A DNA stretch of 64,000 nucleotides, taken from NCBI RefSeq assembly GCF_026571515.1, contig NW_026867047.1, positions 310,001 to 374,000 on the forward strand. Reading direction: 5' to 3'. The notes under the pieces were generated by a model that was not told the DNA's origin, did not search any database, and saw only the letters and a list, made by a program, of their open reading frames with translations. The translations under genes and the position numbers were made by a program. Of the stretch, positions 39,601 through 50,403 are shown piece after piece. The first letter of the stretch is position 1; every line of letters begins with the position of its first letter. This stretch comes from Ruditapes philippinarum (taxonomy: Eukaryota).

Positions 39601-42600
39601 ATAACCCAAATCTTATCATACAAGCGCTTTCTAAATGAATATCAGAAACGGAAAGTGGCGAAGTTGATCGAATTTATACGACCTTTTGATCGATGCATCG
39701 TTACCATAAATGAAACTATCAATTTCAGCATTGCGACAGTGGCAATAATAAAACCAGAAAGTCCTGCTGAAACGGTTACCAAGGAAATCAATGACACTTT
39801 AAAGCTTGTCTCAAACATAGAGTTTCGAGTCTGTTTCCTCTGTGTCACAAATAGAATAGGAAACACGCGAAAATTTACTGTAGTTTTCGAGTGTTGTGAG
39901 GTTAGAAATTTAGATGCCCGGCTGCGTTACTGGAAAGTTCAGGGATATCAAGAACAACAAGAAAAAGATCTGCTGGCTCAGATTGGAGTGCAATCAAAAC
40001 AAGCGTTTAAAGTTGTATTTTACGACAGCGCCATCTTGCGGAAAGATCCGCGTTTTGTTGATCTCGAGTTTCATAGGATGAGGGACAATGTTGTATCATT
40101 TACTGTTGAACTGAAAGGAAAGGCGATACAGTTTATAAATGGCCGACTTTATGTCTATGCCGCTCAAGCCGGTACAGAAAATAAAGAGGAAGTTGTAGGG
40201 AAAGAGCATCTTGCGTCAGTTGATGTCAATCTTTTGTTAAATCAAATGGAGTATGGACAAAGTCTCTCGGAAAGTGTTGCGAGTGATGGGAAAACTGACA
40301 ACACGAGAAGTGCTAAAAGTGCTAGAAGTCGGAACACGTTATCACAAGGAGATAATTTGCCTGGTTCCCGTACTTCTGACAGACGTCCTAAGTCTCGCGC
40401 TATGGAAGTGAGACCGAAAACCGGAACAAGAGATTCGCAGACGAAAAAAACTGAAGAAGAACCACAGGTTGATTCGCTACAAAAAGTGCAAGAAACTCTT
40501 GCCCGTGCGATGAAAAACGTAGATCCCGTACCAGAAAAAGAAGAAATTGCCCCTGTTGAAGAAAGGGTTGTACCTGAAATAATCGTTGAGCCTTCGGAAG
40601 AGTGTAGCACTGGTAACTAATTACTGACAAATTTTTGAGTGAGGGAGGGAGAGAGGGAGGTAGCGAGCGATCGAGCGAGGGAGCGATCGAGTCAGAGGGT
40701 ATGTCAGTGGGTGAGTTGGTAAGTGAGTGAGGGAGGGAGGGAGGGAGGGATCGAGCAAGTGAAGGAGTGAGGGATAGTCGATTAACGATTTCATTTAATC
40801 ACTGGTAACTAATTACTAGCACATTTTTGAGTGAGGGAGGGAGGGAGGTAGCGAGCGAGCGAGGGAGCGATCGAGTCAGTGGGTGAGTTTGGTGAGTGAG
40901 TGAGGGAGGGAGGGAGGGATCGAGCAAGTGGAGGAGTGAGGGATAGTCGATTAACGATTTCATCGCTGAATCAATAATTTAGCTTTAGCTGAAGCCATTT
41001 CAAGACCGTATCAACATATCATTCCTACAATAAATCTAAATTTCTTTCACATTTGACCTTAATCAATATGTTGATATTACCAGGAAATATTCTAGAATTT
41101 CTGGGAGACGATCTGCTAGACTACGTAATCGAAGAACTAGAAGACGACTGGTATAAGATATTCGTTATGTCTGGCATAGGTTTTTCAGAAATTGAAGAAG
41201 CAATCTTACAATCGAGGCAGACTACACAAGTTAAAAAACAGGTAAACCCCGATAGTGCTGTCAATTCTCACCCTTTAAACCGCTGGGCAAAAAGCGATTA
41301 ACTTTTGCCAACAGCATAGAGCCAGGCGAGCCTGTTCATCCATGCATTCTGACCAGGCATTATACTGTTGGTAACTCTAGTTTTGATTTTCTGTTTTGAA
41401 ATCACAAACTTCGTATGGACTGCTCCAAGATCGCCGAAGAGAAATTTCAGAACTTTTAACAAGTAATGATTGTTGATGCAAATTATAATCTTCTTTATGA
41501 ACCGTTGAATAAAATGCATACCCTATGATAAAAACGGAAAGCTGCTTATCTGAGTTTATAAACAAATAAATAAACGGAAAAATGAATATTTGGACATCAA
41601 GGTTAAGAAATGTGGCAATTTATGTAGTTTTTGCTTCCGTGGAACGCGTGTTACAGTTCTTTTCTTTCTGAAGTTTTTTATGTGCATGCAATAGCATGTG
41701 TAAACAATTAAGCCATAATTTGCAAGTGATGCCATTTAATAATAAAAGACTGTTTGTTTATTTATTTATGTGTTTATTTAAGCTGTTCCGGAAGTGGAGA
41801 GACCAACATCAAAGTAGAGAAGATTCAGGTCTACCTCTTTTACTCGGAGCTTTGTACAAGGGAGGCTGCCGTAATGTTGCCAACAGCGTTCAAATCAAAC
41901 TCAAAACTTGGTAAATATTCTATTCTACTTCAATACAAGACCAAGACGTCTGTCTGTCAAACTGGCAAGGGCCTTGCGGATGTCAGTTCTACCAATCGGA
42001 ACATCTCTGCTATTATCAATAATATCCGTACTTTGACGGAAAGGGCCGAGAAGATGCGATTGTAGTTCCACGCTACAGTTCATGAAACAAACTTCCGCCA
42101 TTTCCCATAGATATGAGATAATGTTTGACAGACTAATCTGATTTTCTATGGAAATAATTTCTATTTTCTGTTAGAGATATTAAAGCGTTACAAACAAGAT
42201 ATAAGTATCTTGGTGAACAGATATCCTTGCAGACTAAAAGCTGGAGCACAATCATTGGTCCCAAAGAAATAAAAATAACCAGTCTATAATTTTGTTTGAA
42301 GTTTACTCTTACTTCAGGTATGGTACGACGTCAGAGAAAGACAGCGATTTTCATAAATGGGTTTCTAAGGCTTACAGTAATTCCGATCTCTTTGTGCCGC
42401 CAGGTAAGCTCAAAATCATCTGTATCAAAGCAAATTATAACTATAGTAAGGTATCGAAGTTTTGTTGAACACACAGGACGTGTAAGCTTTATAAAGCTGA
42501 AGAACATCTTACATGTAATGAAAGACAATTTAATGTAGTGAATCTAAGTTAACGTGTAATTTTCACACAAAAATATTTAGGGTACGCAAAATTAACTTAT

Positions 42601-45600
42601 AGATGAAGCATCCTTTAATTGATTCCGACATTTTTCCCGTTTTCATACATGGTTTGATCTGATGTTAAGCACTCCTGTTTCTTATTGTTACACAGGTTTT
42701 TATAAATATCAAAATTTTAAAGTACTGCTATATTTGTAGATTATCCGAAACCAATGAGTGACTCGTACCTCGTTTTGATGTCAGATGAACTTCCTCCTCG
42801 ACGTGAGCTTGCGCGCGCATTACAAATAACCGATTCTGCATCTTATGACATCATTGAAAACCCCGCCTATTTAATTGATGGTATAAAAGTTATGAAGGTA
42901 AAATGTTAATCAACTTATTTATCTTTTTATTCAAAAGGTTAATAAATGACTTCTTGAAAAAAGCGAAATAATCAAAATCTTCTTATCTAAAAGTAATTAC
43001 ATATTTGTGTTTCTGTTACGGGTTTCTTTGATCATTTAAAAACTTTATTTAGGAAGTGGTAGGAAAACTTCAGATTATATTCGTTTGTTTGTTTTTCTCA
43101 AAAGATTCTGACGTTATTTCGGGATCGAACACCTCGTGGAATAGACGCGCTAGAGAAACTTATTTCCTGTCTCGGTGACCTTGGATATTGGAAGCTCAGG
43201 AATTATGCAGTTAGATGTTCCAAAGCATGGTAAAATTGTTGATACACATGTACATTATTTTAGTTTTTTATCCACTAAATATTCTTATTTATTATATTCT
43301 TATCAATTGAATAATGATAAATATTGATGAAATAAAATGCGTATTTTAATTTTTCGAATTATCACTGTAAAAAATATTTTTCACTGCAGTGAAACATATT
43401 GTCTTTATTTTCACTAGTGTCTTGCCCGACTTTTTTCTTCTAAATTGAGCCAATGTACAGAATTTAAGGTTCATTCTTTCAAAGTGTAATGTCAAAAGAA
43501 AAAAACCCAGAAAAATGTATATAATAAACAGAAAATTTAAGTTTTTTTCTATAAATACAATATTTATTTTCATATTGTGGTATGAAAATTATCATATTTC
43601 ACTCGTGACAACCGCCACTCACGGAATATTTATTTTCATACCACCCGATGAAAATAAATCGTGTATTTTTAGCAAAAAACTTAAATATTCTCTATTTCAT
43701 GTAAAATGTGTTTTAGCATTATTAGAGTTGTGTTTAGCAACATTTGACCCTTGTGGGCTAAAATTAGAGTTTTCATTTTTTTTAACTGAATCATATTAAC
43801 ATCAATCAAACATCAACCTTAACCACAGTATATAAACGATTTGAACCCCAACCGGATCTTGTGAGAAGATCTCAGCATCTAAACGTACAATCAGGCGTAA
43901 TGACACATTAAACTATTAAAAATCGGCTTGAATTTAATATGTTACGGTATGTTAACATTTGAATCATATTAAGAAATAATTCATCTTTGCTTAAATATAC
44001 ATCCATAACCATCTTCGTAAAATATATGCGCATAAAACGCTGTGCTCTTCGCCTCATGTTGTGTTTATGTCAACACACGCCGATTACACAAGCAAATGTA
44101 TGCCTAAAATTGTTTTACTTCACTATAACTCATATCTGAATCTTTGATTTATTGTCTTAACCTCATGTTACCGGACAGACACTTGTGAAAATATCTTTGA
44201 ATATTGATAAAACATAGTTAATAATAGAGGCGACATTTCTGATAACTGTACCCGTCTTGCTAAAACAATTTTAATGATCTGTACCCTACTTGTGTTTTCA
44301 CTGAACCATTACTTGCGAGTCACTTTTGATGATTTTTATTGTGTTTTTGTCGTATGTTCCAAATTTTATTGTGCAGAATATGAAGTTATTGTGTCACAAG
44401 AGAAGGGTACATGTTTTACATGTAAGTAACCAAAACTGCATATGAATGGAGGAGCTTCGTCATGTTTTCACTGTCTACGAAAGTGGCTGTTTATACGAAT
44501 CAGAAAGTCAATTATTTCTTGATAAGAATAATTAACCAACAAACCTCATCTTCACTTACCATTCATTTTTCTTTGGAAAGATATAAAGCTAAAATATTAC
44601 ATATATGTACTATAAATTTTTTATATTTAGTTCAACGGCATTGTTGTTAAATATAAGTTTGACGTGACCGTTATATAACGTCACGTATCAATAAACCTCG
44701 AAATATCATTACAAGATTTTTTTTGCAGATTACTTATTTCAACATGTTGAAAGCTTTACACCTACCGTTGATTTCATTCTGCTTTTTTAAACATTGTTTT
44801 TTTATTCTCAGAAATTCATTGACTTTCTATTTCTGAAATGTAGACTACGTCAGTGTTTCAGCAATTGGTGTTATAAACTTCTTTTTTTCGTTTACGTTAT
44901 TGGCTGTGACGCTGAATTTTTTTAAGTAGGAAATTTTATTCTGATCATTATTTATTCTTATTTTCAAGTTGCAGTCTGGATGGCGAATAATTATGTGGTC
45001 AATGATGGCATTGAAATTCGTAGTCTTTACTGAACAGTATATGCAGCTGTATTCTTCCATGGTGATCCGAAAGAAAAATATACATAGCATTATATATTAT
45101 ATTAAACAAATGATTAACAATATTATCAGTTAAACCAATTCTCGGTAAATACCTTAGATCCCACCTTCTATACTAAAATTCTATTACAATCATTTATATT
45201 TTCTGGCAATAATTGATACAAAATCGCAATGAACTCCAATAAATCTTTAAAAATACTCACAAGTCAGGGTACAGATAAATTTCGCAAACTCACAAGTAGG
45301 GTTCACAATCACCAGCAAGTAACGTTCAGTTTACGGAATTGACCTCCTTGGTAAAACTCTTAAATTTATGTTCAAGATACAGCAATATGTTATGCATATG
45401 GCTAAATTATCGTTTGTTATTGATTACTTTAGTAGTTCGATATCACAATTCAATGTTTAACTAAATCATCATTGGAATAAGACGGATTTTTGTTCGTGTT
45501 CAGTGTTGATCACCTGAAAGCTGTTCGTGAGTTTCGATTATTTTATAGCCTTCGTGCTAACGTTTATGTTTTGCATAACATAAACGTTTAATTAAGTTTC

Positions 45601-45985
45601 TCTCTTACGATATAAATATAGATTTACTAACCTAACGTCCATCTGTATCAATATAAATACCAATATCGTAAACAAGTGTAGTGGCAGAATATGGCTGACA
45701 CTAAAATCTTCTCACAAGATCCGGTTGGGGTTCAAATCGTTTATATACTGTGTTAACATTAGAGATAGCGTCATATCAAATTATATATATATTTAAAAAA
45801 AAACAAAGTGACAACTTTATCACAGTCAGTACTTGTTTGATTATTTCAAATGATGACATCGTCTGTGAAGTCATTGTTCTAACCTACGTATTTGTGAATT
45901 ATTCAGGTTGAAGCGGACGGCGACCAGAAAAGACGACCCGTTCCGTTATCAGGTTGACGCATTGGTCAATAAAATGCAGGACTAA
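30320..45985 (+). CDS. Ankyrin repeat / ZU5-ZU5-UPA-like / double death-domain protein (ankyrin/PIDD/DTHD1-like architecture); ~1257 aa if the exon-13 frameshift is corrected; possibly a null allele
   Basis: Phase-compatible GT-AG exons: 30320-30506 (start uncertain), 31003-31382, 31806-31946, 32255-32344, 34103-34213, 34763-34861, 35822-35923, 36593-36681, 37329-37653, 38154-38342, 38766-38876, 39214-39350, 39524-40612, 41084-41241, 41783-41910, 42318-42403, 42740-42897, 43105-43229, 45907-45985 (TAA, with AATAAA at 45984). ANK: RTVLHYC, PVLHNAVRIGNALSVYLLIKHGADVN, RTALHEAVLCGQRPAAEILLYNGAKTN in phase-0 exons of 90-111 nt. ZU5-like: EEDLSSDVI...FSLPL...REEIVV and VCRPRVENWQVG...SVIDDRVKV...LSLQ...ITIELPKP. 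DD-like: LLDYVIEELEDDWYKIF...LFRKWR...LLGAL and YLVLMSDEL...LARALQI...ILTLFR...LISCL. Domain names come from my own motif recognition, not an HMM run. Confidence 0.8.
30550..30824. repeat. (TTA/TTG/TCG)n microsatellite running into an assembly gap (N 30689-30824)
   Basis: Direct inspection. Confidence 0.95.
32375..32590. repeat. ~26-bp minisatellite (ATATCCATACAAATTGTCACCCACAT)
   Basis: About 7-8 diverged units. Confidence 0.8.
32590..33876 (+). mobile_element. Helentron-type HINE with an internal ~164-bp tandem array
   Basis: Subterminal IRs GCTCGACTATTC (~32595) and GAATAGTCGAGC (~33839); (GGCGTC)n microsatellite; about 5 units of 157-168 bp (first ones nearly identical, period 163-165); 3' hairpin GCTGTC-CTACC-GACAGC followed by TCTTGTT. 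Confidence 0.85.
34567..34741. other. Assembly gap (175 N) after a (TGC)n/(TTG)n tract
   Basis: Run of N. Confidence 0.99.
35370..35746 (-). mobile_element. Family C hairpin element, inverted copy of 5253-5607
   Basis: Reverse-complement match, e.g. GAGCATCGAAACACGAGGCTATCTGATTTGTACGAGG and ACACATTTTCAACAGAAAGGTC. Confidence 0.75.
36340..36560. repeat. ~21-bp minisatellite (GTCTTAAAATYAG...)
   Basis: About 10 diverged units. Confidence 0.75.
36722..36943 (+). mobile_element. tRNA-derived SINE
   Basis: A box TGGTCGAGGGG, B box GGTTCGATCCC, 3' ATGACTGAAATACTGTTG...GGCGTAAAA then (AAAC)n tail; 12-bp TSD TTTAAATGAACA at 36710-36721 and 36944-36955. Confidence 0.85.
40609..40963 (+). repeat. 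~190-bp purine-rich tandem duplication that includes the exon-13 donor site
   Basis: ACTGGTAACTAATTACT at 40609 and 40801; both copies end GGATAGTCGATTAACGATTTCAT. Confidence 0.85.
43319..43697 (+). mobile_element. Interspersed repeat family A (terminal long hairpin)
   Basis: Direct copy at 59001-59371 (AAATATTGATGAAATAAAATGCGTATTTT ... ATATYCTCTATTT). Confidence 0.8.
43824..45752. mobile_element. Non-autonomous DNA transposon with CACAG...CTGTG ends and 5-bp TSD (Transib/RAG-like signature), carrying a C2H2 zinc-finger remnant
   Basis: Perfect 47-bp TIR CACAGTATATAAACGATTTGAACCCCAACCGGATCTTGTGAGAAGAT at 43824-43870 and 45706-45752; TSD TTAAC at 43819-43823 and 45753-45757; minus-strand 45060-44845 reads MEEYSCIYCSVKTTNFNAIIDHIIIRH (C-x2-C-x12-H-x4-H). 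Confidence 0.85.
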
Positions 45986-46261
45986 TAAAGTGGTGTTTTA
46001 TGATATACATATAAACGAGTGTTGGTAAAGAAATGTGTCCTTCTATTAATAGATACAATAATTAAACATGCTAATAATTCAACATCGGTTGTCTCGAATT
46101 ATCGATATCTCGAACAAATTTACAAGGGCCCTCCGAGTTCGAGCAAAGAACTTCGACTGTTATTAAGAGAATTAAAATAAATGGCACCTGGTATAAATGT
46201 TGCCATATCTTATTTTAATGATGATCATCTTTTTTCACTTTTTGTTTAGGAGATAGATATC

Positions 46262-47050
46262 AATTCTGAGTGCATTGTTGTAGATTAATGCACGGTTTGA
46301 GTTCAAATGCGTAGTAATATAATCACGAAGGCCGATAGGCCTGAGTGATTAATTACAAAGCATTTGAACGAAAAACGTGCATTATTATACAATAATGCAC
46401 GAAGAATTAATATCTATTTCCATTCTAACACGTCAAGAAAAAATACAACTATTATTATAAAGTTGGACTTTTTTTTGGTGGTTAAATTTGTTTTCGCCTC
46501 AGAGTTTCCAATAGAAACGTTCTTTAAAGGCTGTTCCAGTGGGTTGAAAAAAACTGTCGTTAAATCTACCGTGTGTAGAATCATTTTGAGAATAACGAAT
46601 TTTGAAAACGTTAATAAAACTTTGTTTGTTTATTTTATTTCACTCTATATTTTTTCAAGCGAAATACAAATTATTAAAAGTGAAATAAATGTAAAACTTA
46701 ACTCGTTTGCGACATTAAAATAGCGTACTTGATTTGATTGTTTTGCACGTGTTGTTTGGCGCTACATTGTGACGTCACGTAAACAACACTTTAAATGTAC
46801 AGCGTTAACGACTGAATGAAAGATATTGGTGTTCGGATTCATTTTCTTAGTTAGACCATTTTCTTTTATTCTAGATAGTTTTCACAACAAAATTCGACAA
46901 AAAATTGTTTTTTATTTAAACAAAATGGCGCCCTTAATGTGAAAATACACAGGGAGATAATAAGAACGGCGAGTGCATTGTTGTAGAATAATGCACGCTT
47001 CGGGCCTTCTTTGTTTATATAGAAAAATGTCCGATAGTGTTAGAATTCTG
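46262..47050. mobile_element. Long-hairpin element, Crypton-N-like organisation
   Basis: GAGTGCATTGTTGTAGAWTAATGCACG at 46268 and 46971 with its imperfect complement at ~46376-46400; TTCTAACAC (~46423) vs GTGTTAGAA (~47037); AATTCTG at both ends. Confidence 0.6.
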
Positions 47051-47395
47051 CTTTTGTTTCTTAAGGATTATTAAGTAGTCATTATTTGTCATTGCATTGA
47101 ATGCAAATGAATTGATATTAGGGTTTTCTTTATCATCATGTATCTTTATACTTAATCTTGCCATATAATTTGAGATATATGCTTCCTTTGCTGTGATAAA
47201 CTTTATTTTATTTTATTTTTTTTGTCCTTTTTTCTGTTATAAAAGTTTTGTCATGAAAATATTTACTTTTATGGTAGAAGACCACTAAATTTAATGTGTC
47301 GACTGTATTGAGGTACTTTTTTCGCTGGTCGAAAATACTGGAATAGTGAAGCTTGTATCAGCATCAGAAAATATTATTTCGAAGATGACCTTTAA

Positions 47396-47556
47396 CCCAT
47401 CTTTGAGTCTGGACAAGTCCATTCATTATCTTTAGGTAAAATTTCAAAATATGTTCTAACTGAATAGCGAACTGTACATACCATGATCAAACGGTACAGG
47501 TGAGACAGCCGATCTTGTCGCCTGAGTAAGTTCAGTTCCCGCCAGCAGGCTTAGGG
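47396..47556. mobile_element. piggyBac-like MITE
   Basis: TTAA-CCC ... GGG-TTAA boundaries; TIR beyond these bases is poorly preserved. Confidence 0.45.
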
Positions 47557-47652
47557 TTAATGAGTTGTGTAGTTGTGTAAAGGCAAAGCAAAGCAAACTG
47601 GCCAAATCATTCTCATAATCAATCTGATAATCTGATGCTAGCCTTGATTGGC

Positions 47653-47848
47653 TTTAACATATCTAATTAACCTCGAATGCAAAGCAAGAGCAAGTTCTTT
47701 CAACTTATATTAATAACTTTTGAGTCCGCTTTCTGGAACCAACCAGTACTGGTGTCATATGAAGAAACATGGTCGTGACCCGATTAGAGCTCGAACCCAT
47801 GATCCCTGGGTTGAGAGGCAGACATCATAACCACTAAGCCACCACTCC
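47653..47848 (-). mobile_element. tRNA-derived SINE
   Basis: Minus strand: GGAGTGGTGGCTTAGTGG (A box) ... GGTTCGAGCTC (B box), then a non-tRNA body (CACGACCATGTTTC...CACCAGTACTGGTT). Confidence 0.75.
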
Positions 47849-48719
47849 AATGGCTTAATAAGCATTGTCTTAAAATAAATGAACCAGAATTTGGAAGAGC
47901 AAACATTTCTGGTTACCAGAAGCAGATAATACACGAGCAGAACCAATGAAATCATGTTTAAGTTTAAAAGTTAATGTTAAAGGCCTGTCATGTCTCAGAA
48001 ATGTTTTTATTTTTATTTCTAAAAAAATATATTTTAAAAGTAACTGATTGGCCATCTATATGAACCATCTTTTTCATCTGTTGCTTTTTTGGCATTAAAT
48101 CCAGTTATTGTGATTTTGTATGGAAATCAGAATACTACTTTGTTTACATTTTTCTACCTTTATGACAAATGATCGCAACTTTCTTTAGGTAACAAGCATC
48201 TAAAACTCTCTAAAACCATTATTTTTAACATTATAAAATTCATATTTGACCTTTCTAAATAAGTAAAAAAAATTATTTGTTTCTTGGGGCAGTGAATGTG
48301 CCTTTAATGTTTGTTTCTAAATGTGTTAAAAAGTATAGTGTAAAAGAGATAGTATTTGTCAACAATTTTATTTTCTTTATTAACAATATTGATAGTATTT
48401 TCTCTTCCGTTACCCAGTTTATTCTTATTATATTAACGATCATCAACAAAATTAATGATAAAATAAAGACGGCAGCTAAAAAGACAGTGTACACATTATT
48501 CATCTTTCTGAATTATTGTTTTCCTCTGTAAAAAATAAATAAAATAACAATATTTGTTTTTAATTCATTTTCTCATGTTTATGTATCTATATGCAAAGTG
48601 AGATATTTAAATATGAATAAAACTTGGAACTTGGTAAATTAATTAATTTTCAGCTTTTACTTTTACATGTACAATTTATTTAAATATTTTGATATATCAT
48701 GATTATTCAAAACACATTA

Positions 48720-48957
48720 TAGTCAAAACTGTGTAAAATACCACCTCCAAATAAATACCACCCTGTTATTAAAGAAGAATCATTGATAAAGTACAACATG
48801 TAACACTCCGAATAAAGACCACCTTGTCAATATGGACAACCCTTTGACAAACATTCATTGATAAAATACAACAGAGTACACTCGATTAAAAACCACTTGT
48901 CTATAAAAGCCATGTATAGTCTTTCCTTTGGGTGGCCGTTATTCACAGGTTTGAATA
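48720..48957. mobile_element. Degenerate Tc1/mariner-type MITE
   Basis: TA-TAGTCAAAACTGTG ... CACAGGTTTGAATA-TA with internal AAAKACCACC repeats. Confidence 0.5.
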
Positions 48958-49679
48958 TATTGGTCGTACTGTTTGTCAATATCAGGTCTCATACTAGTAT
49001 GAGTCATAAAAAAGACAAACGATTTGATTGTTTTATTTGGTGATAATTTTATTACCGTCCGTTCTGATTTTCTAGTATAGATGTAAAAAAAAAGCACATA
49101 TATAGCGATTGTTAACCGATACTGCAGTAGATGAAAACATCTATGAATTATTAAGGAGGTAAAACTTACTATGATGAAAATATTGATATTGTATACATTA
49201 GAAAGTAAAGGGGTGAAAACTCTTTTGTCAGAAGGAAATTAAAAGATGCCTATTGTGTCAGTAAACGAAGGTATGTGAAATGAAATATGATTTTTTTTGT
49301 AAATGAAATTTGTTTGTAAACCTAAATGCACATTCTGTGGCTTTACTGACATTATGCACATCCAAGTGTAAATGTTGTTTGCATAGGTAAAAGTCAAAAT
49401 GACAAAAGTGTTTAATTTTATACTAATTTTACCATTTAAAGACGTATCCCATAGACATTTCTATAAATATCGATCGACGTTCAATTGTTTAAAAAAAAAG
49501 AGTCTTTTTTTAAATTTAGATAATTTTTATATTTTATAAATATCCTAAACATTTTTCATGATCAGTTATTGGCCAGTCGCTATTATGGTAGTAAAGGTCT
49601 TGTTCAACTACAGCACTTCTTTAACTGAACCTGATAGCGAAAAAATGAGCATAATGTCACTTTAAACACGTACCGTATT

Positions 49680-50040
49680 TAGAGGCTATTTCAATACTGA
49701 ATTAATTGAACGAGTTAAATAAAATTATATACTGTGAGCCTTTGGTGAGGATTATAATTATAATGTTATTCAAAGAGTTCAATTAATTTTGTAATGAAGT
49801 TACCCGAATATAATATTCTATTTATCACATACCCAGCATAAGAACAGTTTATAGTTACTGTAGAAATAATCTCTTTTTTTCATTGACGCCAGGTACGTAT
49901 ACCTGTTGGCGCACATTAAGTGTAACGCTGACATTTAGTGCGTCGTTACGCTATTCTTGTATCATACAATTGCGTCACGTCTCAAAGATATGCACGGCCG
50001 TGCAATACCATTTTTAGGGAGTCGCAAAAGAAACACAATT
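49680..50040 (+). mobile_element. Interspersed repeat family B (terminal hairpin)
   Basis: Inverted copy at ~58820-59540, which is interrupted by family A. Confidence 0.65.
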
Positions 50041-50403
50041 ATATGATAAACATGTTTCATCAAAGATCTTGATTTGTAACTATACATGCAAACTGATTTT
50101 TCGCGACAAAGAAAACATACTACTTAAAACAAGATTGCTCGTAAATCGCGAAATTACTTGAGATTACAAAAATATATAACAAAGAATGCTTTTACAAAAA
50201 AATCACATTGTCTGACAATAACCTTCCATAGAGTGTATGGTAATTCATAAAGGAAGGTGGGCATGACAAAAAAACACTGAAATACCACAATTATAATTTC
50301 ACTGCATTATTTTCATTATAAATAGTTTAAATAGAACAAAATAATTTGTGGGTTTTTTTAAGTACGCTTTATTACAGTGTGTCTAATGTTGAGTTAATAA
50401 ATA

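Noticed and set aside
40242-40630. Antisense ORFs over the large exons (also 50573-50839, 51467-51667)
   Set aside because: Shadow frames of real coding exons.
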